Shown here in pieces: positions 1-10,091 of a stretch of 57,335 bases of DNA. The translations under genes and the position numbers were made by a program. The stretch spans positions 25,097,472 to 25,154,806 of the forward strand of contig NC_068981.1 in the NCBI RefSeq assembly GCF_001194135.2, in the 5' to 3' direction. Position 1 is the stretch's first letter. The number at the start of each line of letters is the position of its first letter. This DNA is from Octopus bimaculoides. Lineage: Eukaryota. The notes below the pieces were generated by a model. It was given only the letters and a program-made list of their open reading frames with translations, made no database searches and had not been told where the DNA came from.

Positions 1-63
1 CGGAATTGCCGCCGAATATACAATCCAGATGTAGCCGAAGAAGGTTAAAACCTTGGTGGGAAC
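1..63 (-). CDS. IL17: IL-17-like paralog B, 5' end of exon 2 (runs off the left edge); encodes the signal-peptide segment VPTKVLTFFGYIWIVYSAAIP
   Basis: Plus-strand 1-67 aligns with 30625-30696 of the complete IL-17-like gene (cggaattg...tacaatc...gtag..gaagaag...gaacctgt). Minus-strand acceptor ttccctcatacag|GTT at 64-65 is phase 0, identical in position to paralog A. The peptide matches VLVQIVILFFNYLLIVSTASIP. Symbol is family-level only. Confidence 0.85.
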
Positions 64-469
64 CTGTATGAGGGAACATATCTCGTGAAATATTGCATGT
101 ACTTTTACTTTTCATATAACATTAATTTATCAGAATAAACAATTGTAAGAAGCATTATTGCTTTGATGATGACATGAATGTATGAGAATGTTAATTTATG
201 ATTACAGCGTTTCAATGGGGGTTAAAGAACGAAGCCAAATAATATTAAAAACAAATGGTAGTTCAGCAGTGTATGACTTATATATATATATATATATAGG
301 TACAGGACGTCATAAAATGTAAACAACATGAAATACGAAAACATGGAATATGAACTTTTATGCTATTTATCTACTCAACATTTTGAGCAATTACGACAAG
401 ATGTGCCTTCAAGGAAACTGTTGCTCCCGCAAAGTAGAATAAAATTTGAGATTTGTGGGATATCAAAGC

Positions 470-795
470 TTCGTAACAAAAGCAGTTTTGTATTTGTAAT
501 TGAGTAACATTGTCTCTGTTTTTCGTTTTTTGTTTTTTTTCTCTTTGTTGTCGGACACATTTTCTTGCCTTCTCCCAGAATATTTTAAGCTCTTATTTTG
601 GATATTTAAGGCTAGCCAGATTTGGACAGTCTCAAGTGTAATTGACCGAAACTGTAAGAATAATCTGGAAACTTGACGGGGGAGAGAGGGCCACGAATGG
701 CCCGTCCTTGTTTTGTCCTATCCGTCTTTGTATTGTCTATCTGTCTGCATGCTTTATTGTCGTCTGTTGCGTACTTGTTCCGTTTCTTTTTATTT

Positions 796-863
<68 letters not shown>

Positions 864-1010
864 GTATATATATATATATATATAAATGATGTGTAATAAC
901 ACTATTCCAGTCATACAAACAATCCAACATACCTTCATCGTTAGCCGCCCCACAGATATCATTATAGTTTCGACACCTGGCCAGTACCATTCAATCCGAT
1001 AACAAGGCGA
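470..1010. repeat. Dispersed repeat (block A) with internal (CA)n(TA)n; probable Penelope-like terminal-repeat relic
   Basis: Homologous to 14860-15170 and 15650-16170 (gctagccagatttg.acagtctca..tgtaa.tg.ccgaaactgtaag...). Family assignment is inferred from a degenerate hammerhead-like motif in the 15752 copy. Confidence 0.6.
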
Positions 1011-1011
1011 A

Positions 1012-1620
1012 CAAAATTACTGAAGTTGATTTCTCAGCAGCCCTAACCACATGTAACAGAACGGTATGCACAGTTACAATATACTTAATGCAGTCATCAG
1101 CAAAAAATATAAAAAGAATACTTTATACAATATTAGTCCAATGATAGGATACAACATAATATTTAATTGTAAGAATGTATCCCCAAATTTCCAGCCCTAC
1201 CTGCTTTATAGACCATATTTTATCCATATCCTTTATCTTTGTGATGTTTCAGTTTTTTTCTGTGGCCATATATGGGGAGAAGCCTTAAAGGGTTTCGAGT
1301 GGAACTTGCGTAGAAGCTTGCTTCCCAACCACATGGTTCTGAGTTCAGTCCCTCTACGTGGCATCTTGGGCAAGTGTCCTCTACTAGAGTCTGCAGCCGA
1401 GCAAAGTTTTGAGAGTGAATTTGGTAGACGGAAACTGAAAGAAGCTCGTCGTATGTATGTATATACTGAGCGAGAATTAAGTCCGGAATCAGCTGAATCA
1501 GCTGATGGGTTTATAAAATTGGCCGGTGTGTTCGGGCGATTACAATCCCTGCCAGTACATACGTATACAATTATGCGCTTTAACTACACAGCATTAGAGC
1601 TTTTTTAACTCATACATTTA
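1012..1620. repeat. Duplicated intronic block B + tRNA/CORE-type SINE head; copies at 4012-4600 and 18107-18590
   Basis: Shared text aaaattact.aa.t.gatttctcag ... aatatttaattgtaagaat.tatccc.aaatttcca, followed by the same SINE head (aagcttgcttcccaaccacatgg...cttgggcaagtgtcctctactag), in all three copies. Confidence 0.85.
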
Positions 1621-1624
1621 GTAA

Positions 1625-1736
1625 TTATTTATATAAGGGCAGTGCTATACAATAATGCCTCACACTATGAGGGACTCTAAGGTCAGACTACCATAGCGTG
1701 AGGCATTATTGTATAGTAATGCCCTTATATAAATAA
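1625..1736. mobile_element. Small hairpin/MITE-like insertion
   Basis: Arms ttatataagggcagtgctatacaataatgcctcacactatg / catagcgtgaggcattattgtatagtaatgcccttatataa. Absent from the homologous block at 4560-4630. Confidence 0.65.
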
Positions 1737-1941
1737 ATATATATATTTTGGGAATAAATGATGGACTCTTTCCCCTATGAGGTTTTTTTCACGCTAGCTA
1801 CTTGATAAATTCTTGTAAAAGAATTCATGCTATTATCGAATTTAATGATGTAGGTTTTCTAATGCCCTAGTCATATTTAGTGACAATTATAATTATAGTT
1901 TACCCTTTTATTAAGCATTGCACACGGCTCTCTCTATTCAT

Positions 1942-1973
<32 letters not shown>

Positions 1974-2243
1974 TTATTAAAAAATATGGCAAAAAATCAT
2001 ATATTAATTAATATCGATTAATTACCAGGANNNNNNNNNNNNNNNNNNNNNNNNNNNNNNNNNNNNNNNNNNNNNNNNNNNNNNNNNNNNNNNNNNNNNN
2101 NNNNNNNNNNNNNNNNNNNNNNNNNNNNNNNNNNNNNNNNNNNNNNNNNNNNNNNNNNNNNNNNNNNNNNNNNNNNNNNNNNNNNNNNNNNNNNNNNNNN
2201 NNNNNNNNNNNNNNNNNNNNNNNNNNNNNNNNNNNNNNNNNNN

Positions 2244-2816
2244 TAGGTGAGAAAGTTGGTATGCGAAAGCACGTGGTTGGATGTATAAAAGATAATAAGA
2301 GTGAAAAAACTACAGAAGGCTTGTGTTACATGGTTAAAGTATATATTTAAATTATGTCAGAAAAATGTTATAAAAATTTTTTTTGGTATATAAACATTGT
2401 ATTTGGAGAAATAACCGGTTTCGTGTTGTCTTTTCAAATTTGTCTACTTCATTGTAACATGTGTTCGCTCTGGAGCAAACACATGAAAGGATATAATAAC
2501 AATGGGAAACTTGTTGTTTTCGCCGGTATGTCTTTAACTAAATAGAATACAAGGAGGAAGAAGCAGCGATAAGAGTAGCATTTACGATCGCATCAATTTA
2601 CTGGTTTAAGTAAATCTCTTCAGAATGTGAATATAGATATGTGCATCGGTTAGGATGCGAAAGATAATTGATAGACATTTGATGTTAATGTAAAGAAACT
2701 GGTAATTCTTACGTTAAACATTTATTCTTGCGCTGGTAAATTCGCTGGGTAGAGGTTTCAAAGAAGCTTGTCGTATATGTGTATATATACTGACAGAGAA
2801 TTAAATCCAGAATCAG

Positions 2817-2862
<46 letters not shown>

Positions 2863-3105
2863 GAACACGACACAATGAAGTAGAGAAATTTGAAAAGACA
2901 ACACGAAACCGGTTATTTCTCAAAATACAATGTTTATATACCAAAAAGATTTTATAACATTTTTCTAACGTTTTTCTTACATTTTTTCTGACATAATTTA
3001 AATATATGCTTTAACCACGTAACACAAACCTTCTGTAGTTTTTTTCACTCTTATTATCTTTTATACATCCAACCACGTGCTTTCACATACCAACTTTCTC
3101 ACCTA
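2244..3105. mobile_element. Foldback (long inverted-repeat) element, arms about 230 bp
   Basis: 2244-2470 is the reverse complement of about 2861-3105 (taggtgagaaagttgg...ccaactttctcaccta). The right end is flanked by (TA)n; the left end abuts an N-gap. Confidence 0.85.
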
Positions 3106-3473
3106 TATATATATATATATATATATGCGAGGTTTTGGGATCAACAAGGTCCAAAGGATGTTATGTAGAAGTCCCATCTCACATAGTCCCTGATGAAGGG
3201 ATATTTATATACATATATATAGTTACATACATGCACACACACACACACACACATATATATATACTTGCCTGCGTGTTCGTATACATATTTTCCCGTAAAA
3301 TGGGGGGGGGGGTTGGCAAAACCCGATAGAATAAGTATCAGGCTCAAGAAAGGCAAAAGTAATGGAGTTGATTCATTCGACTAAAATTCTTGGAGGTGAT
3401 ACACAAGCATTGTCGCAGTCAAATGACTGAAACAAGTAAAAGAATAGAAGAATATAATTTTAAGCATACGTTC

Positions 3474-3488
3474 TTTAGTTACACTCAT
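3474..3488 (-). pseudogene. IL-17 first micro-exon copy a (ATG AGT GTA ACT AAA, MSVTK) with destroyed donor
   Basis: Aligns with modules b, c, d. The donor position reads GAACGT instead of GTAAGT and the TATA position (about 3608-3620) reads TATATGATTG. Promoter homology stops at about 3720. Confidence 0.75.
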
Positions 3489-4770
3489 TAAACTGATTGT
3501 TCACTTGGAAATGAAATAACGTAGCAGTAAGATATTTTACGGTAGAACCCAAGTTTGATCGTTTCACAGTGTGATATGTTTCGCGAGTGACACTAATTCT
3601 CTAAGATCTACAATCATATAATTACCACGGATACGGATTACCAGGTTGAATTACCCAAAACGTGAAAAAAAAAAAAAAATGTGTGAAAATTTGTTAATAT
3701 AAAAATAAACCGGAAATAACAATCTTTTTCTGGTTTAGACAAAAAGTGAGTTGTTTTGAGTGAAGTGGGTTAGTCGATGATGGTGACATTCAGTACGTAA
3801 GTGCTAATTTATTTTGTCAACTCCGAAATGATGTATGGAAGGCAAAATTTCTTTCGCGGTGTTTGAAATCAAAACATGTTCTGATATTTCACCGGCTTCT
3901 GATTCAAGATTCAAACTAGTCATATAGACGTACAATAGTGAATATGAGCAAGGGTGAAATACTAACATTACATATAAGAGAATGAAAAATATAAAGAAAA
4001 TAAAAAGATAAAAATTACTAAAGTTGATTTCTCAGTCACACGGACCACATGTAAAAGAAAAATATACACAGCTATAATTTACCTAATGTTGTCATCAGCA
4101 AAATGCATCAAAAGAATAATTTATACAATATTAGTGCAATGATGGGAGACAAAATAATATTTAATTGTAAGAATCTATCCCAAATTTCCAGTCCTTTATA
4201 GAACATAAGTTATTCATGTGGTATTTGGTTATTTAAATGTAGCCATGCTGGAGCGCCGCCTTGAAGCGTTTGGAGTGAAACTTGCTAAGAAGCTTGCTTC
4301 CCAACCACATGATTCCGGGTTCAGTCCTACTACATGGCACCTTGGGCGAGTGTCCTCTACTAGAATCTCCAACCTAGCAGAGTTTTGTGAGTGGATTTGA
4401 TACAGATAAACTGAAAGAAGCTCGACGTATATATGTGTATACTGACAGAGAATTAAGTCCGGAATCAGCTGAATCAAGTGGTTCCTACTGATGGGTTTAC
4501 GGAATTGGCTGGTGCGTTCGGGCGATTACAAACCTTGTCAGTACATACGTATAAAAGGATGTGCTTTAACTACACAGCATTAAAAATGTTTAACATTTAT
4601 TTCTAGCAATCTAGGTGTTCTAATACATTAGTCATATTTAGTGACAATTATAGTTTTCCTTTTTGGTAACACATTGCACACGGCCGTTTATATTAATTAT
4701 TATATATATATGAGAGGGATTGGGACCTAGAAGATCCAAAGACTGGTATCTAGAAATTCCATCTCACATC

Positions 4771-4818
4771 GTCTCTGATGCAGGGATATCCATAGTATCC
4801 CAGAAACAGCTGTAAGGC
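4771..4818 (+). ncRNA. Minimal type-I hammerhead-ribozyme-like motif (this copy has A9 changed to C)
   Basis: gtct-CTGATGC-A-GGGATA-tccatag-TATCCC-A-GAAA-CAGCTG-TA-aggc; stem III ACAGCTGT is palindromic. The truncated sister copy at 3190 retains CTGATGAAGGGATA. Confidence 0.55.
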
Positions 4819-4901
4819 TAAATCTATATGTTTTTCCATACGAATGTCCTGAAACTCCTCAAAGCCTTGGGCTTGTTATCTCATTTTGTCTAATGTGTGT
4901 G

Positions 4902-4945
<44 letters not shown>

Positions 4946-4994
4946 TATATACACACATATATATACGTATATATGTCTGTGTAAGTGTTCGTGT

Positions 4995-5203
4995 GTCTGC
5001 GTGCATGTCCCTACCACTGCTTGAGAACCGGTGTTGGTACATCTACTTTCCCGTCAATTGGGGGTTTGGCAAAACCCGACAGAATAAGTATGAAGGAAGC
5101 GAAACTTAACGGAGTCGATTCATTCGACTAAAATTCTTGGATGTGATACGCAAGCATTGTCGCAGTCAAATGACTGAAACAAGTAAAAGAATAGAAGAAT
5201 ATA
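4995..5203 (+). mobile_element. 3' tail of an abundant tRNA/CORE-type SINE; homologous copies at about 3270-3455, 11150-11350, 20830-21050
   Basis: Diagnostic tail gcagtcaaatgactgaaacaagtaaaagaatagaagaata, also seen in the longer copies at 56231-56557 and 17069-17411. Confidence 0.8.
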
Positions 5204-5220
5204 ATGTCAAGACTACTTAC

Positions 5221-5235
5221 TTTAGTTATAATCAT
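5221..5235 (-). CDS. IL17: IL-17 first coding micro-exon copy b (MIITK); best candidate exon 1 for paralog B
   Basis: tcagtata-ATG ATT ATA ACT AAA|GTAAGT (donor 5220-5215). Phase 0 joins the acceptor at 63. Same context as exon 1 of paralog A (ctcagtata-ATG ATA ACA AAA|GTAAGT). Confidence 0.8.
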
Positions 5236-5334
5236 TATACTGATTGTTCAATTGGAAATGAAATAATTAACGTGGCAATTAGATATTTTACGGTAGAAAC
5301 GAAGTTTGATCGTTTCACAGTGTGATATTTTCAG

Positions 5335-5495
5335 CGAGTGACGCTAATTCTCTAAGGTTTACTTTTATATAATTACCACGGATAGGGATTACCAGGTTAA
5401 ATTACTCATAATGTTAAAAAATAATGAATGAAAATTTGGTAATATAAAAATAAACCGGAACTGAAACAACGGAAACTTTTATGTTGACGTATATA
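5335..5495 (-). promoter_or_regulatory. Promoter of module b: TATAAAAG (5369-5362), Inr-like TCACTC with A at 5339, kappaB-like GGGATTACC (5385-5393), CCGGAA / GGAAACTTT / TGACGT block (5455-5490)
   Basis: TATA-to-Inr spacing is exactly 30 nt; motif order is shared with the paralog A promoter. Confidence 0.7.
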
Positions 5496-6880
5496 AACTA
5501 GTAATACTATATCACTCAATCACTCAATCACTCAATCACTCACTCACTCACTCACTCTCTCTCCCTCACTCACTCTCTCCCTCACTAACTCACTCGCTCA
5601 ATTGTTCAATCTCTTTCTTTCCTCGCTTACACGCACGCACACATACACACACATATTCACACAGAGAGGTTACTTTGACCGATAAAGTCTGTGCTTTATC
5701 TATTGTTTTTCATTAAGATCTACTTTTATAACTTTTATAGTTTCATAGTGTTGTTTTGTATTCTATGCAAATCATTTCTAAACTGGCGAAGGCTTTAAGC
5801 CCCAACGATATCCCAGAGGCTAAGTTTCGATGGGCAATTTCACATCTTAATTGCTATTAATTTATGTTTACGATTGTCATTATTTTATAACTTTTTCTAA
5901 GGTACATAATATAACTAAGAATCATACACTATAATGAATATAACAGACTACATAATTTGAGAAACATAACAGAGTTCAGAAGAATCGATACTGCGCGTCG
6001 GAAGAATTGTTACTGCGCTGGGCAAAATACTTAGCGGCATTTCGTCGATATTTGCGATCTGAGTCCAATTTCCGTCGAGGTCGACTTTACCCTTCATCTT
6101 TGATAAAATAAGTACTTGTTAAACACTGGAGTCGATGGGGTTGCCTTTAGAACAACAGAAATACCGAGTAAATTTCCCTTTGAAGGCGGAAAAATTGTCA
6201 ACATCCAATCATGGACTCGATCCTGTATCCCTGAAAGACTCCGGCTGAGTGCTTTACCAGTAAGCCACACTGCCCGCGTCTAATTAGGCAGGTGAATTTG
6301 TTAGTGGGCGGTTTAACATAATAGTAAAGACTCAGCCGGAGTTTTTGTGGGATATGTGTTCGAGTCCCATGGCTGATCGTTGACAAATTTTCCCGCTTGA
6401 TAACGGTAGTTACCCAGTATTTCTGCTGTTTGAGAAAATATCAACTTATTTGTATCGTACAATATGATGTTTGAAAACTTGTGTTCAAGTATTGCCATCG
6501 CTTGATCAAAATTTTCACACATGGGAAGGCTACGGGCAGCCATTTCTTATGGCTGCATCCTTAAATATTGTCAGGTTTTCTCTCAGAATTTCCCTCTCCT
6601 AGAGAGATGTTGTGACAACAAAGGAGGGGCTTTCCGTTCCCAGTGGGCCAACCACGCGCAACCCAAATTTTTTCCATTTCCGTGCGCACACATACGTGCA
6701 TACATACACATGTACACATATTGTTGGATGGCTGTTGACTGCTCATGAGCTCTTCTGCAATTTGACAGGTCTTATTTTTCGTCCTGCAATGTGTCCAACA
6801 ATCACCCTCCTCACTGCCCATGCAGCAGGTTGTACTGAGGTACATGTTACCAGTAACGCCCAAAAGTGACCTGATATCTT
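5440..6880. repeat. Upstream block U of the duplicated module; homologous to 11590-12420 (partial) and 21290-22740
   Basis: Long colinear matches, e.g. ctggcgaaggctttaagccccaacgata and gagctcttct...gacaggtcttatttttcgtcctgcaa, in all three copies. Confidence 0.9.
6186..6396. other. Palindrome formed by two divergent tRNA-like (Pol III A/B-box) units; second copy at 21993-22193
   Basis: Left arm (minus): TGGCTTACTGG...GGATCGAGTCC. Right arm (plus): ...gactcagccggagt...GTGTTCGAGTCCC. The arms are reverse complements (gcggaaaaattgtcaac / gttgacaaattttcccgc). Confidence 0.7.
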
Positions 6881-7896
6881 ACAATCCATACATACATACA
6901 TACATACGTGCATACATACATGCATGCATACATACATGCATGCATACATATACATACATACATGCATACATACATACATACATACATATATATNNNNNNN
7001 NNNNNNNNNNNNNNNNNNNNNNNNNNNNNNNNNNNNNNNNNNNNNNNNNNNNNNNNNNNNNNNNNTATATATACATATTTGTATCTAGGGATCATTATTA
7101 CGCCAATATCAATAACATACATACCGGTTTAATTGCACTCCTTTATTATTAGTTACTTGGCTAAATATCCAATGGACTAATCGACTCTTTGTTTAACTTG
7201 ATCAAACGGTCACCTTTTTGTTTTGGAATAATTTCAGAACATAAAGAGTGACGAAATGCCGCTTAGTATTTTGCCAAGCGCAGTAATGTTTCTGCCAGCT
7301 TGCCGTATTTTCTTTAGAATATAATGCTTCACAAATGTAGTTCATTTACACTGCGTGTCACATTGAGAAAATGTCTATTAAAATAGTCCTTGACTAACAG
7401 TTGCTTTGAAAGTGAACCTGGTAGACCGAAACTGTGACTCAGAACTGAACTCAGTAGTGGGACGTTGGTACAGAAGTTCCAGCGTTTTGAAGAGTTCAGA
7501 CACACCATCCTTAACCATAATTGTTCTCAGATATACTCTGACCCAGATTAGCGTTACCTGTTAAGGTCCCAGCTGTGGGTTAATTAGCATGTGACAACCG
7601 GTTTTAGCTTGTTTACATCTCTTAATGCGATTCATGAAACCAGATTATGAAATAAGTACTAGAATTAAGATAAGTTCTGGTGTTGATTTATTCGACTAAC
7701 CGTAGCAGGAAATGCTCCAGCATGGCTGCGGTCAATGACTGAAACAGATAAAAGAGTGTATATATTTTTATATAGTGCATTTGCCAAATGTAATTAAATC
7801 CAAGGTTTGGAATCATGGTGCCTTCGTTATCATTTATTGCTGCTTTGAAACAGGAATAATTAATGTTCTACATTTGTGGAAGTTTTGTTGTATATA

Positions 7897-9141
7897 TTGG
7901 GTCATCTCATAAACAATGCGGTTTTTTATACTTCTTTTATTTTTCAAAATAAAGATAGACAAAGTTCTTTTATAATCTAAAATATACTCTCCTTCATTTT
8001 CTACAATGGTCTTCCATCTATCTGGCAGACTTGCAAGGTTCCTCTTCCAAAATCCTTTTGTTCGTGATGAAAAATATTTCTCCAGTATTGATCTGACCTC
8101 GTCTACAGAATTCATATTTTTCCCGTCCAAATGATTTTGATGACTGCAGCATAAATGATAATCATATGGGGCAATGTCAGGCGAAAATGGTGGGTGCGGC
8201 ATCATTTCCCATTCAAACTACTTCAGCCTTTGAATGTGACCCTCACTGTATGTAGCCGAGCATTATCCTGATAGAAAAACACTTTTTGTCTTGAAACCAA
8301 AGATGGTCAGTTTTCTTCTAGCGCTGACTTAAGTCGTTCAAGCTTCTCGCAGTAGATCTCCTTTGTTATCGTTTGGTTTATGTTTAAAAGTTCAAAGTGG
8401 ACTAAACAGATAACAACATCTCGGTGAAGACCTTCTTTAGCCTGGGGTGCCAGCGCTTCTTCTTTCCCTACCCACTGTCTTTGGCGCTTGACAATTTTAT
8501 AGAGAACCCGTTTCTTGTCACCAGTCACTATTCGCTTCAAAACAAGGTTCATTCGTGAGACGTGACAGTAAAGAAAAGTACACATTCACTTTGCGCGCGA
8601 TTAGACTCGAAATGTTTGTGAGGAAAGCATTGATTCAATTTGCTTACTTTTCCGATGGCATGCAGGTGCGATGAATGGTGGAATGACCAAATTCAGGCTT
8701 CTCTGCTAGTTCCTCAATAGTTACGATGGGATTTTGTTCCACCAGGGTTTGCAGGACGTCTTCGTCGAGCTCTACATGTCTTCCAGGATATGGCTCGTCT
8801 TCTAGGTTGTAGAATCTGGCTCGGAATTTCTGGAACTACCGTTGACTCTAGCTTACGCATATTGTCCGATCCCCATATACTGCATTAATATTTCTCGCAC
8901 TTTCCGCTGCGTTGTTGCCTGTATTGAACTCATAAAGCATAATATACCGAATGTGCTCCTTTGCTACTCCCATTATGGCATTGAAATCGAACTGCATTCT
9001 TCAAAACTTGTAGTAAGAATAAAGACAAGGTAAAACTACTACATGCTTTTATAGTAATTTGATGCAGGTAGTTTATCCCGTCCCGCTTCGACTTTTAATT
9101 CATGCAGTTGAGAAAACCGCATTATTTATGGGTTGGCGCAA
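7897..9141 (-). mobile_element. Full-length, inactivated mariner (Tc1/mariner, DD34D-type) transposon
   Basis: About 30-bp TIRs (ttgggtcatctcataaacaatgcggtttt / aaaaccgcattatttatgggttggcgcaa), TA on both flanks, 1245 bp. Transposase motifs RIVTGDKK, HPPFSPDIAPYDYHL and WKTIVENEGEY; multiple stops and frameshifts. Confidence 0.93.
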
Positions 9142-9599
9142 TAACTTCTGCCTTCATGTTAATTTCTTTTTCAAGAATTTTGCTGAAGGGTTGTGAAAAT
9201 TTACAGCAACTGGTTGTAAGTTGATAAAAATTTTCATTTAGTTAAACTAAATATTAATAGTTTCTAAAGTGATGTCGAACTTTGATGATAAAATCATTCA
9301 TCTAATGTGGACTTGCTAACTTCGAGTGTATGGTTTTGCTTACTTATATTTTGTAACTTTTACTTGAACTTATTAGAGTGTGTTCGTGCTGGGGCATCGC
9401 CGTGAAAGATTTAATCGAACAAATCGGCCCCAGTACTTAATTATTTTCCTTTAAGCCTGGTACTTATTCTATTGATCACTTTTTGCGGGAACGTTGTTAT
9501 GGGACGTAAATAAATCAACACCGGTTGTCATGTGGTCATGACAAACACAAACACATGAGACACATTCACATATAACACATACACACACACATACATACA

Positions 9600-9604
9600 C
9601 ATAC

Positions 9605-9637
<33 letters not shown>

Positions 9638-9647
9638 TGTATGTATG

Positions 9648-9682
<35 letters not shown>

Positions 9683-9971
9683 TTATCTATCGGTACATGT
9701 AATATATAAAGTGAGAAGTGTTATATAATTAACTACATTGTATACTGATAATACTACATTAAATACTTGAAAATATTTACTGCCGGGATCATTACATCAT
9801 CAATCATATTTCCGCCCGTTTATATTTATAAATTCCTATTTATTCACATAACATTATGTCTCAATATCATACAGGATTTCCGATGCTACTTAACAGATAT
9901 AAATGTGTAGTAGACAAATGCTATGATTTTTGATGTCTATTATAGGGACATATGAACACATACTTGGATAT
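9600..9971. repeat. Distal continuation of block U: (TATG)n(TATC)n plus unique flank; homologous to 22750-23230
   Basis: ggtacat..aatatataaagt.agaagtgttatataattaactacattgtatac ... acacatacttggatataaata is present in both. Confidence 0.85.
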
Positions 9972-10091
9972 AAATATATATATATATATATNNNNNNNNN
10001 NNNNNNNNNNNNNNNNNNNNNNNNNNNNNNNNNNNNNNNNNNNNNNNNNNNNNNNNNNNNNNNNNNNNNNNNNNNNNNNNNNNNNNNNNNN

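Noticed and set aside
612-962. ORFs rich in HT/CV/YI/N/X runs (also 15788-16695, 18755-19660, 23133-23701, 33458-34032, 46941-47374, 50749-51401)
   Set aside because: They are translations of (CA)n, (TA)n and (TAA)n microsatellites or N-gaps, not genes.
1085-1105. CTGATGA on the minus strand in block B (also about 4092)
   Set aside because: No GAAA or stem III at a compatible distance; not a hammerhead.
1066-1608. 180-aa ORF and similar ORFs at 4218-4477 and 18326-18769
   Set aside because: They are open frames through block B and a SINE head; the frame is not conserved between the three copies.
3464-3469. Cryptic donor GTATGC 4 nt downstream of the dead donor in module a
   Set aside because: It would give a phase-1 junction, out of frame with the phase-0 exon 2, so it does not rescue the protein.
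6186-6396. Bona fide tRNA genes here, at 33781-33854, 41056 or 51419
   Set aside because: A/B boxes are present, but the anticodon arms and acceptor stems are non-canonical; treated as tRNA-derived heads.
7330-7700. Unique-looking segment with an acceptor-like ccttaacag and an AP-1 motif TGACTCA (about 7435), considered as a missing exon 2
   Set aside because: No frame resembles IL-17; a single 7-mer is insufficient to call an enhancer.
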